DNA of 64,000 bases from an uncultured virus (IMG/VR IMGVR_UViG_3300030060_000981) (lineage: Duplodnaviria > Heunggongvirae > Uroviricota > Caudoviricetes), in the IMG/VR virus record IMGVR_UViG_3300030060_000981, positions 1-64,000 of that record; one strand, written 5' to 3'. Position 1 is the stretch's first letter; each line of letters begins with the position of its first letter. Below, piece after piece: positions 50,991 through 58,457 of the stretch. The position numbers were made by a program, and so were the translations under genes. Under the pieces are notes generated by a model that made no database searches, was not told where the DNA came from, and was given only the letters and a program-made list of their open reading frames with translations.

Positions 50991-51141
50991 GAGAAACCTT
51001 TTGAAAAACTTATAGGGTCAAAAAAATTTTCGGAGATTTTTATATATACACCTCGAATTGTCACCTCTGTAGGTTAGGGACTTATACGTTTTTAATATAA
51101 TATATAACAACCGCGTAAACACTGTCTGTTAACGAACGTAT

Positions 51142-51177
51142 AAAAATAGAGGCACTGTTTAATACTTAGTGCCTCTA
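51142..51177 (-). terminator. Intrinsic terminator
   Basis: TAGAGGCACT/AGTGCCTCTA 10-bp stem plus TTTTT. Confidence 0.75.
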
Positions 51178-51190
51178 CAGTTCTTATTAC

Positions 51191-51319
51191 TTATAGGTAG
51201 GTATCTGCACCCTCTACAATATCATCGAGGACTGACAAGATTTCATTGCCATTGTTTGCACTTTCTAAAAGAAACTCTGCAAAGCTTTGTGATACAAACT
51301 GTACATTAGAGTTTGACAT
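51191..51319 (-). CDS. Small acidic protein, 42 aa (MSNSNVQFVSQSFAEFLLESANNGNEIL...)
   Basis: Hand translation; ends just before a terminator. Confidence 0.6.
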   Translation of the reverse strand: MSNSNVQFVSQSFAEFLLESANNGNEILSVLDDIVEGADTYL

Positions 51320-51391
51320 AATTAGTGGGAATAATAAGGGTTTTGGTTAACACTGTCAGTTTATAGACTTAACAAGGTCTACTGACAAGAA

Positions 51392-51559
51392 TTACCTGTC
51401 AATTTCACTGTCTTCAATATAACTTTCTACACACTCATCTGGTTCTAATTGTAATACTTTTCTCCAGTCAATATTACGTGCTTCAAAGTCATTTAGTACG
51501 TCAAGAGTTAGTGTTACTCTGACTCTCTTTCTTTGTGCCTGAGTGTAACTTACTGACAT
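51392..51559 (-). CDS. Hypothetical protein, 55 aa (MSVSYTQAQRK...)
   Basis: Start moved downstream of the promoter at 51594-51622. Confidence 0.65.
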   Translation of the reverse strand: MSVSYTQAQRKRVRVTLTLDVLNDFEARNIDWRKVLQLEPDECVESYIEDSEIDR

Positions 51560-51593
51560 TAAACTTAGGATTGAGTTTGTGTTATTTAAGTTC

Positions 51594-51622
51594 ATTATAG
51601 TACACCTTCCAGTATATGTCAA
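51594..51622 (-). promoter_or_regulatory. Consensus sigma70 promoter
   Basis: TTGACA-17bp-TATAAT; late TATAAATA also present at 51635-51642. Confidence 0.75.
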
Positions 51623-51693
51623 GTGGTACGAATGTATTTATAAAATGTATGTTACGAAAACGCAATATCCCCCAGAAAGTGTTATCGGGGGTC

Positions 51694-51722
51694 TTGACAT
51701 TTCGGGGAGTTCTTGTTATAAT
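51694..51722 (+). promoter_or_regulatory. Consensus sigma70 promoter with extended -10, plus strand
   Basis: TTGACA-17bp-TATAAT with TGn. Confidence 0.75.
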
Positions 51723-51820
51723 GCTCCCTAACATCACTACTCTCAGAAGCATTTAAGAACTATTAATTACAAGAGAATGACTAACAATTACTACAAGGAT
51801 TACAGAGGGATTAATAACAC

Positions 51821-52028
51821 TTTTCCACAGGTAGTTTCCACAGTTTCTAACACTTTCTCCCCATACTTGTGGAAAAGATATAAACAACGGTTTCCTATTT
51901 ATAATACCATTTAAAACATTATTTAAGGGTAATTTGCTCATAATTTACCTCTTTTCACTACATTTTGCCTCTCATAGTTATCATTAACCACCTGTGAAAT
52001 CCTCAGAATAACTTCATCTTTTTCCACA
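51821..52028. repeat. Cluster of TTTTCCACA (cyanobacterial DnaA-box-like) 9-mers
   Basis: Exact at 51821-51829, 51868-51876 (reverse) and 52020-52028; 1 mismatch at 51834-51842; 2 mismatches at 51855-51863. Confidence 0.6.
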
Positions 52029-52132
52029 GGATTTCCATACTTTAGGTTATCAATTAAACCATTAATATCAGTACGAATTGTTGACATTAATTGTGAGTAA
52101 TTCATATCCATATTATACATCCTCCACACCAT
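51938..52132 (-). CDS. Hypothetical protein (true start probably a downstream ATG)
   Basis: ORF track; TTGACA-18-TATAAT at 52112-52141 overlaps the annotated start. Confidence 0.45.
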   Translation of the reverse strand: MVWRMYNMDMNYSQLMSTIRTDINGLIDNLKYGNPVEKDEVILRISQVVNDNYERQNVVKRGKL

Positions 52133-52256
52133 TTATGTCAACCCTCACTAATAACTTATGATTAGCAATATCAAACCATATGTTATCATTTACTTCTGTT
52201 AATAACTCCTCTTCAGATAGATTTTGGAGTTCAGTTAATAGGTCTAAGTACAACAT
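52113..52256 (-). CDS. Hypothetical protein, 47 aa (MLYLDLLTELQNLSEEELL...)
   Basis: Hand translation; tightly packed ORF chain. Confidence 0.55.
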   Translation of the reverse strand: MLYLDLLTELQNLSEEELLTEVNDNIWFDIANHKLLVRVDINGVEDV

Positions 52257-52258
52257 AA

Positions 52259-52411
52259 TTAGTAGTCAATGTTAGAGAGTAAGTAAGAATTAAGGTCAAA
52301 ATCTTTGTTATTATTGTTATACGGATTTATGGTATTTTGTTCTTCTAAAATGTCGCAAACCTCTGTCTGTGAGGTATTCAGATAATCTTGTAATTTGTCT
52401 GAGTAAGTCAT
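52259..52411 (-). CDS. Hypothetical protein, 50 aa (MTYSDKLQDY...)
   Basis: Hand translation. Confidence 0.55.
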   Translation of the reverse strand: MTYSDKLQDYLNTSQTEVCDILEEQNTINPYNNNNKDFDLNSYLLSNIDY

Positions 52412-52413
52412 AA

Positions 52414-52497
52414 TTAGTGATGAGGATTGTAGATAGAAAATACTATTAAAGAACTAACGATTGTTACGATTAATAGTATAGCAATTAGGTTAAACAT
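52414..52497 (-). CDS. Membrane peptide, 27 aa (MFNLIAILLIVTIVSSLIVFSIYNPHH)
   Basis: Hand translation; TGATG overlap with the upstream ORF. Confidence 0.55.
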   Translation of the reverse strand: MFNLIAILLIVTIVSSLIVFSIYNPHH

Positions 52498-52634
52498 CAG
52501 TATAACTTTACCTCCGCTTTTACATCTATTTGTTGTAACTTTGCGATTGCGTTTAGTGCCTCTTGATATGTACTAAAGGACATATATTTGCACCTGAGAG
52601 TATCAGGAAACCAGTATCGAATCGTAGTGTTCAT
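52497..52634 (-). CDS. Hypothetical protein, 45 aa (MNTTIRYWFPD...)
   Basis: Hand translation; GAGG ribosome-binding site. Confidence 0.6.
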   Translation of the reverse strand: MNTTIRYWFPDTLRCKYMSFSTYQEALNAIAKLQQIDVKAEVKLY

Positions 52635-52636
52635 TG

Positions 52637-52789
52637 TTAGTCAACCTCATAAGATAGTGGATTAAAGTATAAAGGGTTATTATAATATAACGGATTGTGA
52701 TAACAGTTAATAGATCCATATTGCTGATCTTCAAAGTTATACTGCTCCTGTAATTCTTCGTACTGATTAACACTTATTGTTTGTCTCAT
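52637..52789 (-). CDS. Hypothetical protein, 50 aa, with NPLY repeats
   Basis: Hand translation; GGAGG ribosome-binding site. Confidence 0.55.
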   Translation of the reverse strand: MRQTISVNQYEELQEQYNFEDQQYGSINCYHNPLYYNNPLYFNPLSYEVD

Positions 52790-52793
52790 AATG

Positions 52794-53030
52794 TTATCCT
52801 CCGAAGGTGAATTGTGGACTTTGAAGTAATATATCTCTCACATTTTCTCTGTCTAAAGTATCACCATCACCCCACGAATATTCGGGCATAGATGGATAAC
52901 AGCACATCTGTAAGTATAACCAACTTGCCTCTAATATATCCTTCTTTGTTAAACCTTTGATCGGATAAAGTTCAGATTGTGGGTTATAGAAACTCCACAC
53001 ATAATCTATGAATTCTTGTAAGTTACTCAT
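52794..53030 (-). CDS. Hypothetical protein
   Basis: 78-aa ORF, FIDYVWSFY...GDTLDRENVRD. Confidence 0.7.
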   Translation of the reverse strand: MSNLQEFIDYVWSFYNPQSELYPIKGLTKKDILEASWLYLQMCCYPSMPEYSWGDGDTLDRENVRDILLQSPQFTFGG

Positions 53031-53272
53031 GCTAATACCTCACTTGAAATATACTGAGGTGGCATGTATTCAGAAGTAACTGAATATTTACAATCTTTAA
53101 TATATTCCCTTACTTGATAATAAAACTCTTGACGAGATATTAACATTTTTTTCTGTGTATCACCTCTGAAAGATAATACTTTGAGCATACGATTTGCGAT
53201 TAGATTGTTATTCATGTCCTTTACAGGATAGAAATCAACAACCATATTACCGTCTCTAGATGTAATTTCCAT
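53027..53272 (-). CDS. Hypothetical protein (MEITSRDGNMVVDFYP...)
   Basis: ORF track, start moved to the internal ATG. Confidence 0.65.
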   Translation of the reverse strand: MEITSRDGNMVVDFYPVKDMNNNLIANRMLKVLSFRGDTQKKMLISRQEFYYQVREYIKDCKYSVTSEYMPPQYISSEVLA

Positions 53273-53315
53273 GATGTAATTTGAATAAGTGGATAATAAA
53301 AAAGAGGGAGAATAC

Positions 53316-53663
53316 TTATGCACAGATTAGAGAATCTGCATCTAAAAGTATCATCCCATCTCTAAAAAGTGTGGTTTGATTGTTAAATGAAATAAACCAA
53401 TCGAAGTTCTTTTGAAATACTGAACAACCGTATTTAACCTCACTAAGTATAGCATTTAATCTTGACTTAGTAGTGTTTGTAGTCCATCCGCAACTATCAA
53501 CTTTAACTGCTTTAGTCTCATGGCATACAGTAGCAATACGATGACCATGTAGAAAAACAGATGAGCAGTTTGTAGAATCGTTGAACTCAACTCTGGTATT
53601 AGATGATGACCAGTCAGTTTTGTGAGTGATTGCCATGTTCATTTGCTGCTCAATCTTACGCAT
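53316..53663 (-). CDS. Conserved phage hypothetical protein (MRKIEQQM...TTKSRLNAIL)
   Basis: 115-aa ORF, first gene behind promoter element A. Confidence 0.75.
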   Translation of the reverse strand: MRKIEQQMNMAITHKTDWSSSNTRVEFNDSTNCSSVFLHGHRIATVCHETKAVKVDSCGWTTNTTKSRLNAILSEVKYGCSVFQKNFDWFISFNNQTTLFRDGMILLDADSLICA

Positions 53664-53715
53664 AATTTAAAAAGAAGTTAGAGTAAAAAGGAAGTGGAAT
53701 CTCTCCCACCTTTAT

Positions 53716-53775
53716 ATAATACACCATTTTAGGGTCAGTGGGGTAAAGCTTGTGCCACTTTGTTTACTGGCACAC
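53716..53775 (-). promoter_or_regulatory. Early promoter element A (palindrome plus -10)
   Basis: TGTGCCAGTAAACAAAGTGGCACA-29bp-TATTAT. Confidence 0.7.
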
Positions 53776-53802
53776 CCTATGTAATAACAACTGTTTTTTC
53801 GA

Positions 53803-54219
53803 TTAGTATCCATCTATTCGATAATAATCATCATTAACTCCCTTCATTTTATCTACTAATGTATCAACACAATCCCTATAATCATTGCCTTCAGTAATAC
53901 ATTGCTCGACATAATCTACCTCGTTATATGTTGCATTGTTCTTGTTATTTGATTCGCATTTGATATAATCACTATCCCTAACTGTACTAATATCACCCTC
54001 TAATTCTTGAGATGATATTACTTTAGGTTCTGCAAATTCACCTTCCCAACTATCAGTAACTTCCTCTAATGCGGTGAAAACATTATCAATATCTAATGAC
54101 AAGTCTCCTCCTTCATTGTAATCATCATTGCCTTGAATCCATCCTTCTAGTGCATATAAAATCGAAGAGATTTCACTGCCACTCAATGTTACTTTGTGAA
54201 TCGAATCTTCAAATGTCAT
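53803..54219 (-). CDS. Acidic hypothetical protein (MTFEDSIHK...)
   Basis: ORF track; start set at the ATG after GGAGG. Confidence 0.65.
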   Translation of the reverse strand: MTFEDSIHKVTLSGSEISSILYALEGWIQGNDDYNEGGDLSLDIDNVFTALEEVTDSWEGEFAEPKVISSQELEGDISTVRDSDYIKCESNNKNNATYNEVDYVEQCITEGNDYRDCVDTLVDKMKGVNDDYYRIDGY

Positions 54220-54391
54220 TGTTAACCTCCTCTCCTGATTTGTTGAACTCCTTGTCAAGAATAGGTACATATAGTATGCCCTTATCTGTTAACTTTGATG
54301 TCATAGATTGAAACCATTGATTGTTAACATTGTGCTGGTCTGGTGTTAAATCATTGAAGTAACTTTCAGACCATTGTTGATAAGTTGCCAT
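54209..54391 (-). CDS. Hypothetical protein
   Basis: 60-aa ORF with coupled start/stop. Confidence 0.65.
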   Translation of the reverse strand: MATYQQWSESYFNDLTPDQHNVNNQWFQSMTSKLTDKGILYVPILDKEFNKSGEEVNNDI

Positions 54392-54582
54392 TAGAATCCT
54401 CCAGATAATCGAATCATTTGTTGATAGATCTTATGTGCTTCATATTCAGTTATATCCTCTAATATTTCATTTCCATTCTCATCTTCTGTTGTGATTAGAT
54501 CACCTTCAATAACATCAACTGTATCCCTTAGAATATCAAATAGGACATCAAATTGGTCATTGGTTAGTGTTAATTGTCTCAT
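54391..54582 (-). CDS. Hypothetical protein (MRQLTLTNDQF...)
   Basis: ORF track; ATGA overlap. Confidence 0.6.
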   Translation of the reverse strand: MRQLTLTNDQFDVLFDILRDTVDVIEGDLITTEDENGNEILEDITEYEAHKIYQQMIRLSGGF

Positions 54583-54734
54583 GTTAACCACTTTTCATCG
54601 GTTGTTTCTAACAATTTACCTACCTTATAATCATATCCTTCGCAATACTCAACCTCTTCATAATGTTTGCAATGTTCAAAATCTTTTGCAATTCTCTTTG
54701 CTTCAAATGTGTAACTGTTTAATAGTTCAGTCAT
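54579..54734 (-). CDS. Hypothetical protein, 51 aa (MTELLNSYTFEAK...)
   Basis: Hand translation; TAATG and ATGA overlaps at both ends. Confidence 0.6.
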   Translation of the reverse strand: MTELLNSYTFEAKRIAKDFEHCKHYEEVEYCEGYDYKVGKLLETTDEKWLT

Positions 54735-54985
54735 TAGAATTGTCCTCCGTTGTTGTTAGTGTCAAGTACAGTTTCGTTAGTTACGTTATCAACTAACTCG
54801 TCAAATAAGTCTTCATCAAAGTTATCAACTTCCTCTTTTAACTCCTCTTTAGTTAATGTAACAATGTATTCTGTAATTCCATCTTTTGCATATTGTAGCA
54901 AAGAATCCATGTCCATACCATCAACAACTAACTCAACATACTGTTCAATTAGTTTATCTTGTTGATCGTTATTTAATACTATCAT
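54734..54985 (-). CDS. Acidic hypothetical protein (MIVLNNDQQDKL...)
   Basis: ORF track; TAATG coupling. Confidence 0.65.
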   Translation of the reverse strand: MIVLNNDQQDKLIEQYVELVVDGMDMDSLLQYAKDGITEYIVTLTKEELKEEVDNFDEDLFDELVDNVTNETVLDTNNNGGQF

Positions 54986-55218
54986 TAGAATTGCCTCCAA
55001 TAGAGTGAATTAAAGTCTGCTATGTTTAGATAATCATCATCATATATTTGATCCTCATCTTTATATACAGGCACTACAAATTCATCTGCAAAATATTCTG
55101 CACTTATGTTTCCAAGTTCTTCACAAGCACGTAATACGTTGCCTATTCCTACATCATCTTGATCACATTCATCAATAAGAAATGCAATGTCCTTCTCTAA
55201 TTGTGATTTATCCTTCAT
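54985..55218 (-). CDS. Acidic hypothetical protein
   Basis: 77-aa ORF. Confidence 0.65.
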   Translation of the reverse strand: MKDKSQLEKDIAFLIDECDQDDVGIGNVLRACEELGNISAEYFADEFVVPVYKDEDQIYDDDYLNIADFNSLYWRQF

Positions 55219-55448
55219 TATACACCTCCGTTGATTGTTAGTGAATTGTTGTGAATGTGCTTGTTAATTACACACGCTTGGTGAATATTAAAGAGTTTAT
55301 CATAATCAACTCCCTCCCAGTCATCCCACTCTGAAACATAGTCAGAACAGTCAAAATCACCAGTTCCGTCTATATTTTGTGGGCATGATTTGAAGTCATT
55401 GTTATCATCAACCCAGAAGATTCTCCCAAATGTTTCAGATTTAAACAT
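55218..55448 (-). CDS. Hypothetical protein
   Basis: 76-aa ORF; GAGGA ribosome-binding site. Confidence 0.65.
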   Translation of the reverse strand: MFKSETFGRIFWVDDNNDFKSCPQNIDGTGDFDCSDYVSEWDDWEGVDYDKLFNIHQACVINKHIHNNSLTINGGV

Positions 55449-55453
55449 GGTAA

Positions 55454-55627
55454 TTAGTCCTCCTCATTGATAATTACATCCCATACTTTAATGTATTGGG
55501 TTAACCAGTCCTTCTGGTATTGGGTGAGTTGGTTATCACCATCATAGAGTAGATCGTCTGCACTTGCTAATTCTAATCCATTGCAATTACAGAAGTTATC
55601 TAACACTATTGTCAAGAATTGTAGCAT
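55454..55627 (-). CDS. Hypothetical protein, 57 aa (MLQFLTIVLDNFC...)
   Basis: Hand translation. Confidence 0.55.
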   Translation of the reverse strand: MLQFLTIVLDNFCNCNGLELASADDLLYDGDNQLTQYQKDWLTQYIKVWDVIINEED

Positions 55628-55666
55628 GATAAAATGTTAGTAAGTGGACAAGAAAAAGGGGAAAGA

Positions 55667-55822
55667 TCACATTTTAGTGACCTTATCCCATAACTGATTG
55701 AATACATCAGAACCAAAATCATCATTATACTTATCATCATAGTCTAAAGATGCAAGATCTCCAAACATTTGAGATAGTAATTGTACTTGGTCGGATGTTA
55801 ACTTAAGAGTTGAATTTGACAT
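55667..55822 (-). CDS. Hypothetical protein, 51 aa (MSNSTLKLTSDQ...)
   Basis: Hand translation. Confidence 0.55.
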   Translation of the reverse strand: MSNSTLKLTSDQVQLLSQMFGDLASLDYDDKYNDDFGSDVFNQLWDKVTKM

Positions 55823-55846
55823 AATAAAAAGATTTAGTGAAGTGAA

Positions 55847-55999
55847 TTAAGGGTTGTTAGATAGAAACTTGTCCATTGCAATCTGCTGTGCCATCTTGTA
55901 AGCATCAGCATAAAATGGTGAATCTTTGTTTATACCTAACTCGTCTAATGTCTCATCAAATAATGTCTCAAAAATGACTTCATTTGCTAGAGTTGACAT
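55847..55999 (-). CDS. Hypothetical protein, 50 aa (MSTLANEVIFETLFDE...)
   Basis: Hand translation; first ORF behind element B. Confidence 0.6.
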   Translation of the reverse strand: MSTLANEVIFETLFDETLDELGINKDSPFYADAYKMAQQIAMDKFLSNNP

Positions 56000-56021
56000 A
56001 AACAAATAATGCGAAAATACA

Positions 56022-56086
56022 AGTGGAGGGAACGGTCAAGAGGTGCTTCACCTTTCTAAGAAGGTACTAACTCGTTCCCCTCCACT
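56022..56086 (-). ncRNA. Candidate structured 5' leader or small RNA
   Basis: AGTGGAGGG(G)AACG...CGTTCCCTCCACT outer stem enclosing an ACCTT/AAGGT hairpin; begins at the predicted start site of element B. Confidence 0.5.
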
Positions 56087-56091
56087 CTTAT

Positions 56092-56150
56092 ATAATACAC
56101 GATTTTAGGGTCAAATGGGGGATTAGTGGACAGTTTGTGAACTGTCACAA
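56092..56150 (-). promoter_or_regulatory. Early promoter element B
   Basis: TGTGACAGTTCACAAACTGTCCAC-28bp-TATTAT. Confidence 0.7.
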
Positions 56151-56272
56151 GCTTTGTTTATACTTTTGTCCCTTAATATAGGATAGTCGATGTTATTGAA
56201 CTTTGGAAATCTATAGTTATGATCTATAACTATTTGACGGTAAAATTCCTCATCCCATTGATACTCAGTCAT
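56123..56272 (-). CDS. Hypothetical protein, 49 aa (MTEYQWDEEFY...CDSSQTVH)
   Basis: Hand translation; ATGA overlap; C-terminus encoded by element B palindrome. Confidence 0.5.
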   Translation of the reverse strand: MTEYQWDEEFYRQIVIDHNYRFPKFNNIDYPILRDKSINKACDSSQTVH

Positions 56273-56646
56273 CTTTTTATCCTCGGTACTTCTATTGTCC
56301 ATGAAGGATTAACTATGCTAACTAACTCAAACTGTTTCTTGAATTGTTTCTCTCTTTCTTTCTTTTCCTTCTCCATTGTTAACTCAATCGTTTCAATAGT
56401 TGTACTTGGATTCTTTTCTTTTATACCCAAATATTCTAGGATAGATTCATCTATCATCTGAAATATCGTATCAAATGTTAAAGTTTCTCTCAAATTTACT
56501 GCAATTCGATCTATATCACCTTTGTCTAAGTATTCACCCTTGTTTACTTTCTCTGAGTAATCATCATACTGTGAAATAAGTTTTGCCCTAATCTCGACTA
56601 ATTCATTTAAGTTAATCGTGATCTTTACATCATCATAAATTGCCAT
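56269..56646 (-). CDS. Hypothetical protein
   Basis: 125-aa ORF. Confidence 0.7.
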   Translation of the reverse strand: MAIYDDVKITINLNELVEIRAKLISQYDDYSEKVNKGEYLDKGDIDRIAVNLRETLTFDTIFQMIDESILEYLGIKEKNPSTTIETIELTMEKEKKEREKQFKKQFELVSIVNPSWTIEVPRIKR

Positions 56647-56652
56647 AGTGAG

Positions 56653-56877
56653 TTAATCTCCAGAGTAAACACCATCTTTGTTGGTTAAATCTATTCTTGC
56701 AAAACAACAATATTCTTTAATATGTTCTCTCATTTCTGTATACATTGCAGCATAATCCCATTTCTTCTTTATATCAATGGAAATCATTTCTATCTCATCA
56801 GATGTTAACTTAGGATAGAATTGTTCTACTGCTTCAGTAATATTAATACTGAGTAAATGCTCTCTGTTAATTTTCAT
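56653..56877 (-). CDS. Hypothetical protein
   Basis: 74-aa ORF. Confidence 0.65.
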   Translation of the reverse strand: MKINREHLLSINITEAVEQFYPKLTSDEIEMISIDIKKKWDYAAMYTEMREHIKEYCCFARIDLTNKDGVYSGD

Positions 56878-57056
56878 TTAACCTCTACACTCCAATCATA
56901 CTTTTCTACACTTTCTCTGCAACACATACAAACTATTGCTGACCATGAAAAATGATAAACTTTAGATGTTTGTGAACATTTAGGACACTTAATCCATTTA
57001 CCTGACCTACCACTTCTAGTGTGAGAAGTGATAGGTTTAAATGTTAATGTAGTCAT
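56874..57056 (-). CDS. Small zinc-ribbon protein
   Basis: CPKC...CMCC, VYHFSWSA. Confidence 0.7.
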   Translation of the reverse strand: MTTLTFKPITSHTRSGRSGKWIKCPKCSQTSKVYHFSWSAIVCMCCRESVEKYDWSVEVK

Positions 57057-57060
57057 CAGA

Positions 57061-57480
57061 TTACCTCAAGTAAAGATAACCACCTGCCCAACCTGTAAAT
57101 GTTGGATCATGTAATTGCTCACGTTGATTGATAATTCTCATATCATAACGAACATATTTAGCAGGAGAATTGTAAGATGCTGGTTTGTAAACTTCACCAG
57201 TATTCTTATCAACAAATGCGTGAACACTTCCTTCTCTCCACTCATTACGATCTTGGAATGTATCGAATTCACGTTGCATGATCTTGTAATACTTGCGACC
57301 ATTCTTGATAACAAAATTACTAAGATTAGCAGTGCCATTCTTTACATCTTCTAACCTTCTTTTAGAATAGTCAGAATCAGATCCAGCAAACATTCTAATT
57401 GAATGTTGCTTATAGTTCTCTGTTAATGAATCACAATAGGATTGTGTCCATTCCAGAATTCTTTCAGTTAAAGATGCCAT
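57061..57480 (-). CDS. Conserved phage hypothetical protein
   Basis: GRKYYKI...SVHAFVDKNTGEVYKPAS. Confidence 0.8.
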   Translation of the reverse strand: MASLTERILEWTQSYCDSLTENYKQHSIRMFAGSDSDYSKRRLEDVKNGTANLSNFVIKNGRKYYKIMQREFDTFQDRNEWREGSVHAFVDKNTGEVYKPASYNSPAKYVRYDMRIINQREQLHDPTFTGWAGGYLYLR

Positions 57481-57506
57481 AGTGGTAAAATCCCTTGTAC
57501 TCTTCT

Positions 57507-57565
57507 ATTATAACGGTTACAGACGATTTTAGGGGCATTAGGGGACACTTTTTAAACTGTCACAC
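57507..57565 (-). promoter_or_regulatory. Early promoter element C
   Basis: TGTGACAGTTTAAAAAGTGTCCCC-28bp-TATAAT. Confidence 0.7.
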
Positions 57566-57900
57566 ATTTCTCTATACATAGTGCCTTCAATCTGATATGC
57601 TTGAGATTCTCTTATCCCCTCATCTTTGATGCCAAAAATGTCTTGAACTACATGGGTAAATTCGTGGAATAATGTTCTAAAATGCTCCTCATATCCTAGA
57701 GCATTATGTATAGTAACTAACCATGAATCTTCATCCACTCGTTCACACCAACCAAGTACATTATCCTCGGTTAAGTCACAATAATGTACCTCAATTTCCT
57801 TGTTGCTGAATGTATCTCCAGAGTGATGATTACAGAAGTATTTGTAAGCATCAAAGGCAATATAGGAGCAATACTTATCACCTGATGTGCAAATAGTCAT
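57538..57900 (-). CDS. Putative zinc metallopeptidase
   Basis: TLFHEFTHVVQ (HExxH) with downstream E..A. Confidence 0.65.
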   Translation of the reverse strand: MTICTSGDKYCSYIAFDAYKYFCNHHSGDTFSNKEIEVHYCDLTEDNVLGWCERVDEDSWLVTIHNALGYEEHFRTLFHEFTHVVQDIFGIKDEGIRESQAYQIEGTMYREMCDSLKSVP

Positions 57901-57902
57901 TG

Positions 57903-58457
57903 TTAGAAATCCAAGTAAGATTGATCTGCTTGATTGTAAAATACAGATAGATTTGTAGGTGGTAGAGTAACACTTATTTCAGGTAAATTACACTCATAGT
58001 AATCACCTTCATTCAGTCTAATCATAGCACCATCCGCACCTTCTGTATATAAACTTCTTGCGTGTTCATCATTAACAACCACAACTCTTCGTGCTGTTAA
58101 ATCTATAACAAGCAAGTAATCGTATGTACTAATTTGTTTAAAGTCCTCTACTGTTTTAGTCTCACTAAGAAAAGATTTAACCTTAAACTTCTTAGTTGCT
58201 TTAGGATCTTTCCTCTTATAGAATAAGTTCTTACCCATCTTTAACTCTACTTTCTTATCATCAAATAAGAAATCGTATCCATTCTTATCAACTCGTTCCA
58301 AATTAGAGAACTTATCTATAGCTTTCTCTACCATAGTTGCCCTTGCAAAGTTATCAGCATTTGATGTAAATCCTTTATCTGAGTATAAAGAATCAACTAC
58401 ACCAAATACCTTGTTCCAATTAACATTTTGCTCTAGATGTTGTGTAAATGTATTCAT
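57903..58457 (-). CDS. Putative PD-(D/E)XK restriction-endonuclease-like protein
   Basis: E...GYDF...VELK spacing; YDYLLVID. Confidence 0.5.
   Translation of the reverse strand: MNTFTQHLEQNVNWNKVFGVVDSLYSDKGFTSNADNFARATMVEKAIDKFSNLERVDKNGYDFLFDDKKVELKMGKNLFYKRKDPKATKKFKVKSFLSETKTVEDFKQISTYDYLLVIDLTARRVVVVNDEHARSLYTEGADGAMIRLNEGDYYECNLPEISVTLPPTNLSVFYNQADQSYLDF

Noticed and set aside
51753..51941. 62-aa minus ORF and 45-aa plus ORF over the DnaA-box-like cluster
   Set aside because: Not listed as genes because neither has recognisable motifs and they conflict with each other; they cannot be fully excluded
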